Below, one piece after another: positions 40,689 through 50,372 of a DNA stretch of 64,000 nt. Positions within the stretch are counted from its first letter, which is position 1. Every line of letters begins with the position of its first letter. The notes under the pieces are model-generated. The model was not told the origin of the DNA. It searched no databases and saw nothing but the letters and a program-made list of their open reading frames with translations. The DNA is from Terriglobia bacterium (GTDB lineage Bacteria > Acidobacteriota > Terriglobia > 20CM-2-55-15): the NCBI GenBank assembly GCA_965198225.1, contig CBDAOY010000004.1, positions 352,001-416,000 of the forward strand, given 5' to 3'. Position numbers and translations under genes: made by a program.

Positions 40689-42446
40689 GTGACGATGAAC
40701 ACGAGCGAGACCCGACGGCGCTTCATGGCCCATTTTGCGCAAGCCGGCCTCGGCGCGACGCTTCTCCCCGGAGTCCTGTGGGGAAAGATGCAGGAGGCCG
40801 AAGAAGCCCGAATCAAGGCCGACATGCTGCGCGATGCGCTGGCGATGTCCGGAATGGAATTCAGCGAGGAACAACGGGAGGAGATGGTCGAAAGGGCCAA
40901 CAACGCTCTAGAAGACTACGAAGAGCTCCATGACTTCCACATCCCGAACGACATCTCGCCGCCGTTTCATTTCGATCCGATCGTGCCGGGCATGAAGGTG
41001 GACCGGACTGCGCGTCCGTTCCGGATCAGCGATCCGCCCAGCGTCGAGCGCCCCTCGAACCTCGAAGGCGTTGCGTTCTGGCCCGTCCGACACCTGGCCG
41101 AGCTCATCCGCTCGCGCCAGGTAACCTCCGTCGAGCTCGCGACGATGTACCTGGAGCGGTTGAAGAAGTACAACCCCGTCCTCAACTGCGTCGTGAGCTT
41201 CACCGACGACATGGCGATGAGCCAGGCCCGCCAGGCCGACTCCGAGATTGCGGCCGGCCGGTACAAGGGGCCCCTCCACGGCATCCCCTGGGGCGCCAAG
41301 GACATCATCGCCGCCAGGGGTTACCGCACGACATGGGGATCGGGCGCCTACCAGGAACAGGTCCTCGACTACGACGCCACCGTCATCGAGTTGCTCCGGG
41401 ACGCCGGCGCCGTCCTGATCGCCAAACTGACAACGGGCGAGTTTGCCGGTGGAGCCAACTGGTTCGGAGGCCGCACCAACAATCCATGGAATCCCGAACG
41501 GAGCTCCAGCGGGTCCTCGGCCGGTCCGGGTTCGGCAACTGGCGGCGGATGTGTCGGCTTTTCGCTCGGCACCGAAACCAGCGGGTCTATCCTGGGACCT
41601 TCTTCTGCGTGCGGCGTCACGGGATTGCGTCCCACGTTGGGACGGAGCAGCCGCTACGGTGTGATGGCGTTGTCGTGGACGCAGGACCGCATCGGTCCGA
41701 TGTGCCGATACGCCGAAGATTGCGCCCTCGTGATGGCTGCTATTGCCAAACAAGACGACCGCGACCTGAGCGTGCAGGACATCCCGTTCAACTGGGACGC
41801 CAACCTGGACATCACCCGCCTGCGCGTCGGGTATATTCCTGAAACCTTCGACGACATCGAGGACACTGCCGTTCGCGCCATCCACCAAGCCACGCTCGAT
41901 CAGCTCAAAGCCCTGGGCGTCGAGCCGATTGCCTTCGAGGTGCCTCGATTCCCGGTTACCGTCACGGCTCACAACGTCGAGATGGCTGCCTTCTTCGACG
42001 AGTTCGTCCGCTCGGACCGAGTGGATCAGATCACGAGGGAGACCCGTGCCGCCGGTTTCCGGGCCAGCCGGTTGATCCCGGCCGTCGAGTATCTCCAGTC
42101 GCAGCGCGCTCGAATGATGATGATGATGGACCTGGCCAAAGCCACGGAGGGTATTGACGTCTTCCTGATCCCACGCCGCCAGCGTCGGCCTACTCCCCCG
42201 GGTGGCGGTGGAGGTGGCGGAGGCGCTGCCGCCAATCAACAACCGCCGGGCCTGAGCGCTTCGACGCAGTGCAACTATGCGACGTACCCGGCCGTGGCGC
42301 TTCCGAACGGATTCGACGAGGAGGGCATGCCCACGAGCATGACGTTCTACGCTCGCCCGTTCGGCGAGTCCGAGCTGCTGGCCGTGGCGAAAGCGTACCA
42401 GGATGCCTCCGGCCACCACCTGAAACATCCCGAGATTACCCTGTGA
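40689..42446 (+). CDS. Amidase-signature family enzyme, Tat-exported
   Basis: TRRRFM; GPLHGIPWGAKD, SSGSSAG, GTETSGSI. Confidence 0.92.
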   Translation: MTMNTSETRRRFMAHFAQAGLGATLLPGVLWGKMQEAEEARIKADMLRDALAMSGMEFSEEQREEMVERANNALEDYEELHDFHIPNDISPPFHFDPIVPGMKVDRTARPFRISDPPSVERPSNLEGVAFWPVRHLAELIRSRQVTSVELATMYLERLKKYNPVLNCVVSFTDDMAMSQARQADSEIAAGRYKGPLHGIPWGAKDIIAARGYRTTWGSGAYQEQVLDYDATVIELLRDAGAVLIAKLTTGEFAGGANWFGGRTNNPWNPERSSSGSSAGPGSATGGGCVGFSLGTETSGSILGPSSACGVTGLRPTLGRSSRYGVMALSWTQDRIGPMCRYAEDCALVMAAIAKQDDRDLSVQDIPFNWDANLDITRLRVGYIPETFDDIEDTAVRAIHQATLDQLKALGVEPIAFEVPRFPVTVTAHNVEMAAFFDEFVRSDRVDQITRETRAAGFRASRLIPAVEYLQSQRARMMMMMDLAKATEGIDVFLIPRRQRRPTPPGGGGGGGGAAANQQPPGLSASTQCNYATYPAVALPNGFDEEGMPTSMTFYARPFGESELLAVAKAYQDASGHHLKHPEITL

Positions 42447-42477
42447 GACGGCGAAGCTGTCGCGAACCGAGAATCGT

Positions 42478-43005
42478 GATCACATCAGTTGGCTCTCCGA
42501 TGTCTACGGCCCGCGCCTGACCGGCTCGCCCGCCATCAAGCAGGCCAGCCAATGGGTTCAAGGGAAGTTCGAAGAGTGGGGACTCGCCAACATCCACGAA
42601 GAGGAATTCGAGTTCGGGAAAGGGCTCTCGGCCTACTTCAACATCGATAACGGCACTGGGAGAGCCCGCGGCTGGATGCAGAGCAACATGGCGGTACGGA
42701 ACGTTTTCGAGCAGTGGATCGCTCCACTCGCCGACCTTGGCGTGACGACGCTTGGCCCACGCTCGGTTGGCGGAACCGACCATACTTCGTTCGATGCGGT
42801 CGGCCTGCCCGGCTTCCAGTTCATGCAAGAGCGCCTGGAATACAACTCCCGAACCCACCACTCGAACATGGACGTCTACGATCGGATCCAACGCGAGGAC
42901 GTCGTGCAGCTGGCGACAGTGGCCGCAATCTTTGCCTACAACGCTGCCATGCGTGATGAGCTGATGCCCAGAAAGGCCTTACCGACGCCGCAGGAGGGAA
43001 ACTAA
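42478..43005 (+). pseudogene. M28 peptidase (carboxypeptidase Q-like) with large internal deletion
   Basis: N-part LSDVYGPRLTGSP..WGLANIHEE..FGKG is joined out of frame near 42625 to C-part SAYFNIDNGTG..GGTDHTSF..GLPGFQF..HHSNMDVYDR. Confidence 0.85.
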
Positions 43006-43330
43006 CCACGGAGCCGGCGACGGATTCTTCGAAGTAGAGAGTCGGGAATAGCGCCTGGCCGGCCCGGCGCCCGTGCATGCCACCGCCGGGCTGGCTGGAT
43101 TGCCTCGCAATCCTGCCCCCGAATTCCAGCCGTCGAGCTGGTTCACCATTGGTCGCGGAGCCGCTATTTCCCGGACCGAACCCATCGGCGATGGTGCCGA
43201 TAGCACTGTTACAGGCCACTAGTAGCGGTGAAGTCTGAAGGAACGGGCTCGCGGTGCCGTAGATACACCCGCTTGGGACCTGGTAAATAAAACACAATCA
43301 ACAGGTCCTTGCTCGATCGGAGGTGCAGCT

Positions 43331-43711
43331 GTGAGTGACATACCCTTCTGGCTCTCGGTTCTGTTTCTCGTATTCCTCGTTATCTTGTTCGGAGAATTGA
43401 TTGCGTGGCTTATTTACACCTTTTTTCTCACTGCCTGCCGGCTACGAAAAAGCCTGGTGCGCAGGGACAAGTGCGGGGGGACATGCATAACTCCTGGTCA
43501 AGTCTGCGTTGCGACCGCGACTAGACCCTACGGCCCGTGGGGGCTATTCGGCCTGCAGGACTCAGCGTGTGCCTGTGGGGCTCCTGGAACAGGCGTGGTA
43601 GGAGGAACCGGTGCTCCGCTGATAGGTGCTCCCGGGGGCGGCCTTGGACCCGTCGCGCCCCCACCTCCTCCGGGTCCCGGAAGAGGCGACCCGGAATCTT
43701 TAGGTCATTGA
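43331..43711 (+). CDS. Small membrane-anchored Cys-rich, Pro/Gly-rich protein
   Basis: GGAGG RBS, N-terminal TM helix, six Cys, low-complexity tail. Confidence 0.6.
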   Translation: MSDIPFWLSVLFLVFLVILFGELIAWLIYTFFLTACRLRKSLVRRDKCGGTCITPGQVCVATATRPYGPWGLFGLQDSACACGAPGTGVVGGTGAPLIGAPGGGLGPVAPPPPPGPGRGDPESLGH

Positions 43712-44099
43712 CCTTACCTGGCGCGGCCTGAACCTACAGGAGCCTTGCGCGGATCAAAGAACCCGCCGCACTCTGAAATATGGGCGCGGAGCCCCTGTTC
43801 CCCCTAGCTGTGACAGTGAGTTGCGTCCAATCATACCGTCGGGCTCCTCGACGACTCCGTCCGTCCCGAAGTGGCCACTCTTCTCTCATCGATCATCTAA
43901 TGAGAAGACGTACAGATTTTCAATAAAGTTCCATCTCAATGGCGAGAATAACGATGTACGGTAATCGATCTTGAAGCTGCCGGCGTTGAGTTGCTGGATC
44001 TGCTGACGGGTATGAGTAACTTGTCGGTCGTCCGTCAGTATTCATCTGAGTTGGGGGGGGGGGACGGGGTGGTTTAACCCCGGGGAACGGAGGTTTGGA

Positions 44100-46496
44100 A
44101 TGTTCGCAAAGGAAGTCCGCTACGCCGTCCGTGTGCTTCGGGCGAAGCCCACATTTTCGGTCCTCGCGATCGCGATGCTGGCGCTGGGGATCGGGGCCTC
44201 GACGGCGATCTTTACGGTTGTCAACAGCGTCCTGGTCCGCTCCCTGCCGTACGAGGAGCCTGACCGGATCGTGCAGCTCTGGGAGGTGTCGCAAGAGGGC
44301 AACCGGATGGCGGTCCCGGAGGCAAATTTCGTCGATTGGAAGGCCGAGGCCGACAGTTTTGAGTTGATGGCGATGTACGGTGTCGGCGAGACGACCGTCC
44401 TGGGTGGTCTCGAGCCTTTTCGAACTCGTGTCGCGACGGTTTCGGAGGGGTTCTTCGAGGTCATCGGCGTGCGGCCGGTCGTGGGTTCGGGTTTCCTTTC
44501 CGAGCACCAGCGTTCCGGCGCCAGCCCGGTCGCAGTCGTCAGCCGACGGTTCTGGCGGGACGTCCTCGGCTCCCCGGAGGGTCTCGACAGCGTTCGCCTG
44601 AGCTTTTCAAACCGCATCCATCCCGTCGTAGGCGTTCTGCCTGAGCGAGCTGATTTTCCCGTCGACACCGACGTCTGGACCAATCAGGAAGGGGTGGGTG
44701 CCGCGCTCAATCCCAGCCGAAGCGCCCACAACTGGAGGGCGATCGGTCGGCTGGCAGCCGGTGCGACTCCCGCTCGGGCGACGCGACAACTGGAAACGAT
44801 CGCCGCGCGCATCCACGGCGAATACTCCGACGTCACGGCGGTCGGGGCTGTGGCCGTCGGGCTTCAGGAGCAGTTGACCGGCGGGGTTCGAACGCCGTTG
44901 CTCGTCCTGATGGCGGCGGTGGGGATCCTGCTGCTGATAGCGTGCATGAACGTGACGAGCTTGTTGCTGGCGCACATGGAGGCGCGGTCCAGGGAGTTTG
45001 CAGTCCGCACGGCGCTGGGAGCGACCCCGCTGCAGTTGGCGCGCGGGTCCCTGGCTGAAACGGTGATCCTGGCCGCGGTCGGTGGGGTACTTGGAGTGAT
45101 CCTGGCGCGTTGGGGGGTGGCGACGATGCTGGCAACCGTCGGGGGGGACCTGCCTCGGGCCGCCGAAATCGGACCGGACTGGAGGGTCTACACGTTCGCT
45201 TTGCTCCTGGCGTTGGGGATCTCTGTTCTGGTCGGTCTGCTTCCGGCAGTGCGCTTCTGGACCGGCAACCTCGTGGACGCGCTGAAAGCAGGAGGCCGGG
45301 GCCAGGCTGGAGCGCACAGCCGGGCGCGGAGCGTTCTGGTGACGGCTCAAGTTGCGATGACAGTCGTCTTGCTGGTCGGCGGAAGCCTTCTGGCTCGAAG
45401 TCTCGTCGAGATGCTCGAGGTCGACCTCGGGTTTCAAACACGGAATCGTCTTGCGGTCGAACTGGTCCAGCAGTTCCCGCAGGGCGAAGAAGCCACGAAC
45501 CGGCTCGGCGCGTTCCAGCAGGCCTTCGAGGAAAGGGTGGGTGCGCTGCCCGGCGTTGTGAACGTCGGTGGCATCGATGCGTCGCCCCTCTCCCGGCGGG
45601 GCAGCAACGGACGCTTCAAGATCGACGGCGCGGGCGACAGCGGCGATTACTGGCCCGACTACCGCGTTGCCAGCCCCGGCTACTTCCGGGCGCTGGGAAT
45701 CCCGCTGCTCCGCGGACGACTCTTCGATGAGACCGATGGCGCGGGGGCCCCCGGCGTTGCGGTGATCAGTGAGTCTGTCGCCAACATCGTCTGGCCGGGC
45801 GAAGACCCTATCGGCCGGCGGATCGACCGCAGCAACATGGACGGCGTGGACCAGCTGATGACGATCGTGGGCATCGTGGGGGACGCGCGGCATTACGGGC
45901 CCGACAGCGAGCTGCGGGGAGAGACCTATTTCAACTACCTCCAGCGTGCGCGGAGGACCGCCAGGTTCACCTGGATCATCGAAACCGCCGGCGACCCGGC
46001 CGCGATCGGGACTCCGGTCATGGCCCTGGTCAAGGAACTCAACCCGGAGCTGCCGATCCGCCTGCAGACAATGGACTCGATGCTGTCTCTGATACTTTCG
46101 AGCCGGTTGTTCAACCTGTCTCTGCTGGGCGTGTTTGCGGCGGTGGCGTTGACGCTGGCCGTGATGGGCGTCTACGGCCTGATTGCCTACACGGTGGCTC
46201 ACCGTAGTATGGAGATCGGGGTGCGGACAGCCCTCGGGGCGCGTCCGGGCCAGGTCGTTGGGCTGTTTGTCAGGGAGAGCGCTCTCCTGATCGGCCTGGG
46301 TGTCGTCGTCGGGGTGTTGGGGGCATTTGCGACAACTCGGGTACTGGAGAGCCTGTTGTTCGGAGTGGAACCGACCGACCCGGCCGCCTTCGGGATTGGC
46401 GTCGTCGCCCTCGTCGTGCCCGCCCTGCTGGCGGGTTACGTCTCGGCTCGCCGTGCGGCCAATGTCGACCCGCTGAATGCAATTCAGTCCGAGTGA
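44100..46496 (+). CDS. ADOP-type duplicated ABC permease
   Basis: LALGIGASTAIFTVVN, LLLIACMNV, EIGVRTALGA, ARRAANVDP. Confidence 0.92.
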   Translation: MFAKEVRYAVRVLRAKPTFSVLAIAMLALGIGASTAIFTVVNSVLVRSLPYEEPDRIVQLWEVSQEGNRMAVPEANFVDWKAEADSFELMAMYGVGETTVLGGLEPFRTRVATVSEGFFEVIGVRPVVGSGFLSEHQRSGASPVAVVSRRFWRDVLGSPEGLDSVRLSFSNRIHPVVGVLPERADFPVDTDVWTNQEGVGAALNPSRSAHNWRAIGRLAAGATPARATRQLETIAARIHGEYSDVTAVGAVAVGLQEQLTGGVRTPLLVLMAAVGILLLIACMNVTSLLLAHMEARSREFAVRTALGATPLQLARGSLAETVILAAVGGVLGVILARWGVATMLATVGGDLPRAAEIGPDWRVYTFALLLALGISVLVGLLPAVRFWTGNLVDALKAGGRGQAGAHSRARSVLVTAQVAMTVVLLVGGSLLARSLVEMLEVDLGFQTRNRLAVELVQQFPQGEEATNRLGAFQQAFEERVGALPGVVNVGGIDASPLSRRGSNGRFKIDGAGDSGDYWPDYRVASPGYFRALGIPLLRGRLFDETDGAGAPGVAVISESVANIVWPGEDPIGRRIDRSNMDGVDQLMTIVGIVGDARHYGPDSELRGETYFNYLQRARRTARFTWIIETAGDPAAIGTPVMALVKELNPELPIRLQTMDSMLSLILSSRLFNLSLLGVFAAVALTLAVMGVYGLIAYTVAHRSMEIGVRTALGARPGQVVGLFVRESALLIGLGVVVGVLGAFATTRVLESLLFGVEPTDPAAFGIGVVALVVPALLAGYVSARRAANVDPLNAIQSE

Positions 46497-46497
46497 C

Positions 46498-46567
46498 GTG
46501 TAGGTGCGGTCTGTGACCGCACATTCTTCGAGCCGAAACCTTGTGCGCTCACAGAGCGCACCTACAC
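46498..46567. repeat. GTAG-REP doublet
   Basis: Same structure as copy 1; both loops changed (TGT/ACA). Confidence 0.9.
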
Positions 46568-46586
46568 TCGATCCCAGGTTTCGGCG

Positions 46587-47471
46587 TCAGTTCCGCCCAC
46601 CGCCTGCGACCGGGTAGCCTGGCTGCCGCCGCCAGTCCTCCCATGAACCCACGTAGACCCGGGCCGGAACACCGACGTACCGGGCGGCAAAGTACATGAG
46701 GCTGGCGCGCATGCCGACGGCGCAGTAGGTGACTGCCTGCTGTCCCGGTGCCAGGCCGGCGTTGCGGAGTAGGGCGTGTATCTCCTCCCTGGACTTGAAC
46801 CTCATCTCGTCGAAGTTGGCATACAGGTCCTGCCACAGAACGAGCTGCGAACCGGGCAGGTAACCCCGATTACGTTCTCTTTGGGTTCGGACATCGAGGA
46901 CGTGAGTATCCGGATCTTCCAGACGGTCCCTGACCCAGGGGGCGGCGACGATCACGTCGGGCGCGGGTCGTGGCGTCAGGCGTCCGGGCTTGATCCCGGC
47001 CGTGTCGGTTGAAACCGACCGACCTTCACTCCGCCAGGCCCGAATGTTTCCACTCAGCATCGATACATGGGCCCCGTGCCCGATGGACGCGAACGCCATG
47101 TACAGCCAGCCGACCTCCATCCCGTTCTCGCCATAGATGACGATGCGTGCCTCATCCCGGGCGCCGGCCCTGCCCAACACACCCGCCAGGGCTTCGGGTT
47201 CGAGTAAACCGTGCCCGCCACCGATCGTCGCCATATGGGGAACGAAAGCCGCTCCCGGAATGTGCCCGCGGTCAAAGTCGGGTCGCGAGCCGGTGGCCAC
47301 CACGACCACGTCAGGGTCATCGAGGTGCTGCCCCAGCCAGGCTGTTGTCACAATCAGGTCGGCCCTCGACGCCTCTTGAGCCCTTTGCGTTGCCTCGCTT
47401 TCCGTGATCAGGAACAGGATCGCGACGATCTCGAGCCCGACCCAGAGCAGGAGTCCGGTCCTCAGATTCAT
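46587..47471 (-). CDS. Two-domain sulfurtransferase (rhodanese)
   Basis: GHIPGA, LDVRT, active-site YCAVGMRAS, YVGSWEDW; N-terminal hydrophobic segment. Confidence 0.9.
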   Translation of the reverse strand: MNLRTGLLLWVGLEIVAILFLITESEATQRAQEASRADLIVTTAWLGQHLDDPDVVVVATGSRPDFDRGHIPGAAFVPHMATIGGGHGLLEPEALAGVLGRAGARDEARIVIYGENGMEVGWLYMAFASIGHGAHVSMLSGNIRAWRSEGRSVSTDTAGIKPGRLTPRPAPDVIVAAPWVRDRLEDPDTHVLDVRTQRERNRGYLPGSQLVLWQDLYANFDEMRFKSREEIHALLRNAGLAPGQQAVTYCAVGMRASLMYFAARYVGVPARVYVGSWEDWRRQPGYPVAGGGRN

Positions 47472-47612
47472 GTGTTCCAACCTCCGTCAGCCATCAGCGC
47501 AGCCGGCCCCAGACCGTTGCCACTACCCCGGGGCTTCTTTTGTAGATATTCGACAAGAATAGGTAGTTTCGTGTCGATTGTCTACAAGAAACGCATGGAG
47601 GATGGCCTGTCG

Positions 47613-47681
47613 GTGTAGGTGCTCTCTATGGGCGCACGTGTTTCGGTTCGAAGAGTGTGCGGTCATAGACCGCACCTACAC
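47613..47681. repeat. GTAG-REP doublet
   Basis: Same structure, reverse orientation, with the conserved flank CCTCCGTTTGGAC. Confidence 0.88.
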
Positions 47682-47842
47682 CTCCGTTTGGACGCGGGCG
47701 CCTCCAAAATCCTTGAGGCGCGTATGATAGCTCCAACGGCTCAAACCTGTTGATTGCGGCAGTAGGGCACTCTCACGCACGACGGGATGTGCCGAGTGGC
47801 GGCCGAGTCGACCAATTTTTGCGGACTTTGAAGGGAAGTACC

Positions 47843-48403
47843 ATGAATCGTGAAGAGTTGATGGAGCTGGAGAAGCGTTACATCGAGCTCGGACGGGAGC
47901 TTACGGAAGCTCGCCGCTCGGTGGAACCGGAGACGGTTTCGGATTACGAGCTGCGGACCCTCGAGGGTCCGGTTTCGCTTTCGGGCCTGTTCGGAGAACA
48001 GGACCATCTGATCGTTGTACACAACATGGGCAAGGGATGTCCCTACTGCACACTCTGGGCGGATGGGTTTACCGGGCTGCACGATCACCTTCTCAGTCGT
48101 GCCGCGTTTGTCGTTTCTTCTCCGGACAGCCCCGAAGTCCAGCGAGAGTTCGCCGAGTCCAGGGGATGGCCCTTTCGGATGGTCAGTACGCAGGGGAGCG
48201 AGTTTGCCGGCGACATGGGATACCAGACCGAACAAGGCGGTCCCTTGCCCGGAGTCAGCGTGTTCCACCGGAACGAAGATGGAAGTGCCGTTCGCACCGG
48301 ACACGGACCGTTCGGTCCGGGAGATCAGTTTTGTCCGGTGTGGCACTTCTTCGATCTACTCGGCAACAAGTCCGGCGATTGGGCACCTGAATACTCCTAC
48401 TGA
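47843..48403 (+). CDS. DUF899-family thioredoxin-like protein
   Basis: CPYCTLWADG, PGVSVF, DQFCPVWHFFDLL. Confidence 0.85.
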   Translation: MNREELMELEKRYIELGRELTEARRSVEPETVSDYELRTLEGPVSLSGLFGEQDHLIVVHNMGKGCPYCTLWADGFTGLHDHLLSRAAFVVSSPDSPEVQREFAESRGWPFRMVSTQGSEFAGDMGYQTEQGGPLPGVSVFHRNEDGSAVRTGHGPFGPGDQFCPVWHFFDLLGNKSGDWAPEYSY

Positions 48404-48414
48404 GCGAAAACCCA

Positions 48415-49272
48415 TCAAGCCAGAATCGAGGGCAGATAGGGGGCCGTGGGCTCGTTGTACATTCCGAGGCTCATGTAGGTCATCTGTTGGACCACCCGGA
48501 GGCCGTGACCCAGGCACCAGCGGAACAATTCTCCGTTGCTGGTTGGCAACAGAAAACCGGGGCCGAAGAATTCCGGCGCCGCACCGATCAGCGCCTTCAA
48601 CGCTTCGTTGCTCTCCCCGACCGCATGACCTGTGAACCCGACGTCAGTGGCGTAGCCTGACACGCGTCCCCCGTGCTCGACGACCCTGGCGGTTCCGTGG
48701 GTGATCGCGTCGGCGACCTCGCCACTTCGATCGTTTCCGTGAACGCGACGACAGAGTTCATCACACGCGGCCAGGTGCTCGTCCGCTGCAGGCCGGACCT
48801 CGTAGCCGGGAATCCGCACATCGAGCGCCGGCCCTTGCATGTTGGACAACATCTCGCGCGCCTCGAACCCGAGCTTCGAATACAGGCACAGAGAACGGTT
48901 GTGGTACGCAGCCTGGACCAGCCGGACTCCCGGGCGGCCGCGCTCGGCCACGCGATCTAATGCTTGCCGCATCAACTGCCTGCCGATGGTGCTGTCCTGG
49001 ACTCCGGGGTCGACCGTGATCGGGCCGAGGCCGGCAATGCTCGAACGCTCGTCGAGGAAGTTACTCCCGACGATCCGGCCGTCGGTCTCGGCGACGACTC
49101 CGTAGAAACCAGGGTGCGACAGGAATTGCGACACAAACCCCGTCGCCATTTCGGCGTTGGGCAAGTCGCACGGAAAGTTATGCGCGTCGGCGAGGGTCTT
49201 GAACGCGTCGTAGCAGATCTGCCCGCACTGCTCGGCGTCGGCCGTGGTTGCCGGCCGCAGGGTCAGGTTCAT
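48415..49272 (-). CDS. GNAT-family N-acetyltransferase
   Basis: GPITVDPGVQDSTIGRQLM, LYSKLGF; GGAGG RBS. Confidence 0.9.
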   Translation of the reverse strand: MNLTLRPATTADAEQCGQICYDAFKTLADAHNFPCDLPNAEMATGFVSQFLSHPGFYGVVAETDGRIVGSNFLDERSSIAGLGPITVDPGVQDSTIGRQLMRQALDRVAERGRPGVRLVQAAYHNRSLCLYSKLGFEAREMLSNMQGPALDVRIPGYEVRPAADEHLAACDELCRRVHGNDRSGEVADAITHGTARVVEHGGRVSGYATDVGFTGHAVGESNEALKALIGAAPEFFGPGFLLPTSNGELFRWCLGHGLRVVQQMTYMSLGMYNEPTAPYLPSILA

Positions 49273-49547
49273 GGTGGCCTCCGTCTGGTTCCGAGTAAGC
49301 CAATGGTAGTCCGCACTCGAGAGACGTTCCAATAAATTCACGGTTACGCTGAGAGTGGATCGGATGACTTGTGGAACACGTCCCAACATGGCATTCGTTG
49401 CCACAATCATTCGAATGACGGGATGTGTCCGACTATACTTCAGCGTTGTCTGCACTTGGCTGCTGCATCCCTCCGCTCGTGCGGCTGTAGCGACCACTGT
49501 ATATTGGCCCACTTCAGGAATCTGCTTCACATTTCAGAGGAGAAGCG

Positions 49548-50372
49548 ATGAGAGTTTCCCTAGCTCTGTTGATCTTTGCGGTGACGGCTTGCGGTAGGGT
49601 TGAAGCCCAGGAAGTTCCCTTGTACCAGATCCGGCAGGCCAAAACCGACACCGGGCTCGAGGTCGGTTCCTTTGCGATCTCCCTGGCCGATGGGTCCCGG
49701 ATTTACGGCGTGGCCGGCGACAAGCTTTACGTGTCGCGGGACGCGGGGGCGGAGTGGTCGCCTCTGACGACGCCCGAATTCGTTGTCGAGATCAGCGCGC
49801 TGGCGGCTTCGGACCGGAACGCGGATGTGGTCTGGACGGCCCGGTCGAACCTGCTCTGGCGGAGCGCTGACGGGGGGGCGTCCTGGCGGCAGCTCTCGAG
49901 CCCCAGTGTCTGGAGCGTCAGCAAGATCGAATCGACTCCGGCCGGCGGTCTTTTTGTCGCGACGACGGGCAACGGCGTCTTTTTCTCCGACAGCGGTGGG
50001 GATTTCTGGCAGTCGCGGAGCCTGGGGCTTCCGGCCGGCGTCGGTGCCGCGCCCATCATCGAGATCGAAGACCTCCTCGTCAGTCCGACGGACTCCGGCA
50101 CCGTGTTCGTCGTGACACGTTTCCTCGGCGTCTTCAAGAGTAGGGACGGGGGACGAAGCTGGCAGGCCCGGAACAACGGCCTACCCGTGCCACTTCTGTC
50201 GCCGACCCGCGAAAAAGGCCGCCTCACCGTCAGTCCATCATCTCCGGACGACCTGTACCTGTCGCTCACCGTGCCGATTCACAGCCACAAGTCGGAGCAT
50301 TCCGTATTCAAGAGCTCCGATGGAGGCGATAGCTGGGAGTTGGTTGAAACCCGGGAGAGCGGCGAACGATGA
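49548..50372 (+). CDS. BNR/Asp-box beta-propeller lipoprotein
   Basis: Lipobox VTAC; five SxDGGxxW-type repeats. Confidence 0.85.
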   Translation: MRVSLALLIFAVTACGRVEAQEVPLYQIRQAKTDTGLEVGSFAISLADGSRIYGVAGDKLYVSRDAGAEWSPLTTPEFVVEISALAASDRNADVVWTARSNLLWRSADGGASWRQLSSPSVWSVSKIESTPAGGLFVATTGNGVFFSDSGGDFWQSRSLGLPAGVGAAPIIEIEDLLVSPTDSGTVFVVTRFLGVFKSRDGGRSWQARNNGLPVPLLSPTREKGRLTVSPSSPDDLYLSLTVPIHSHKSEHSVFKSSDGGDSWELVETRESGER

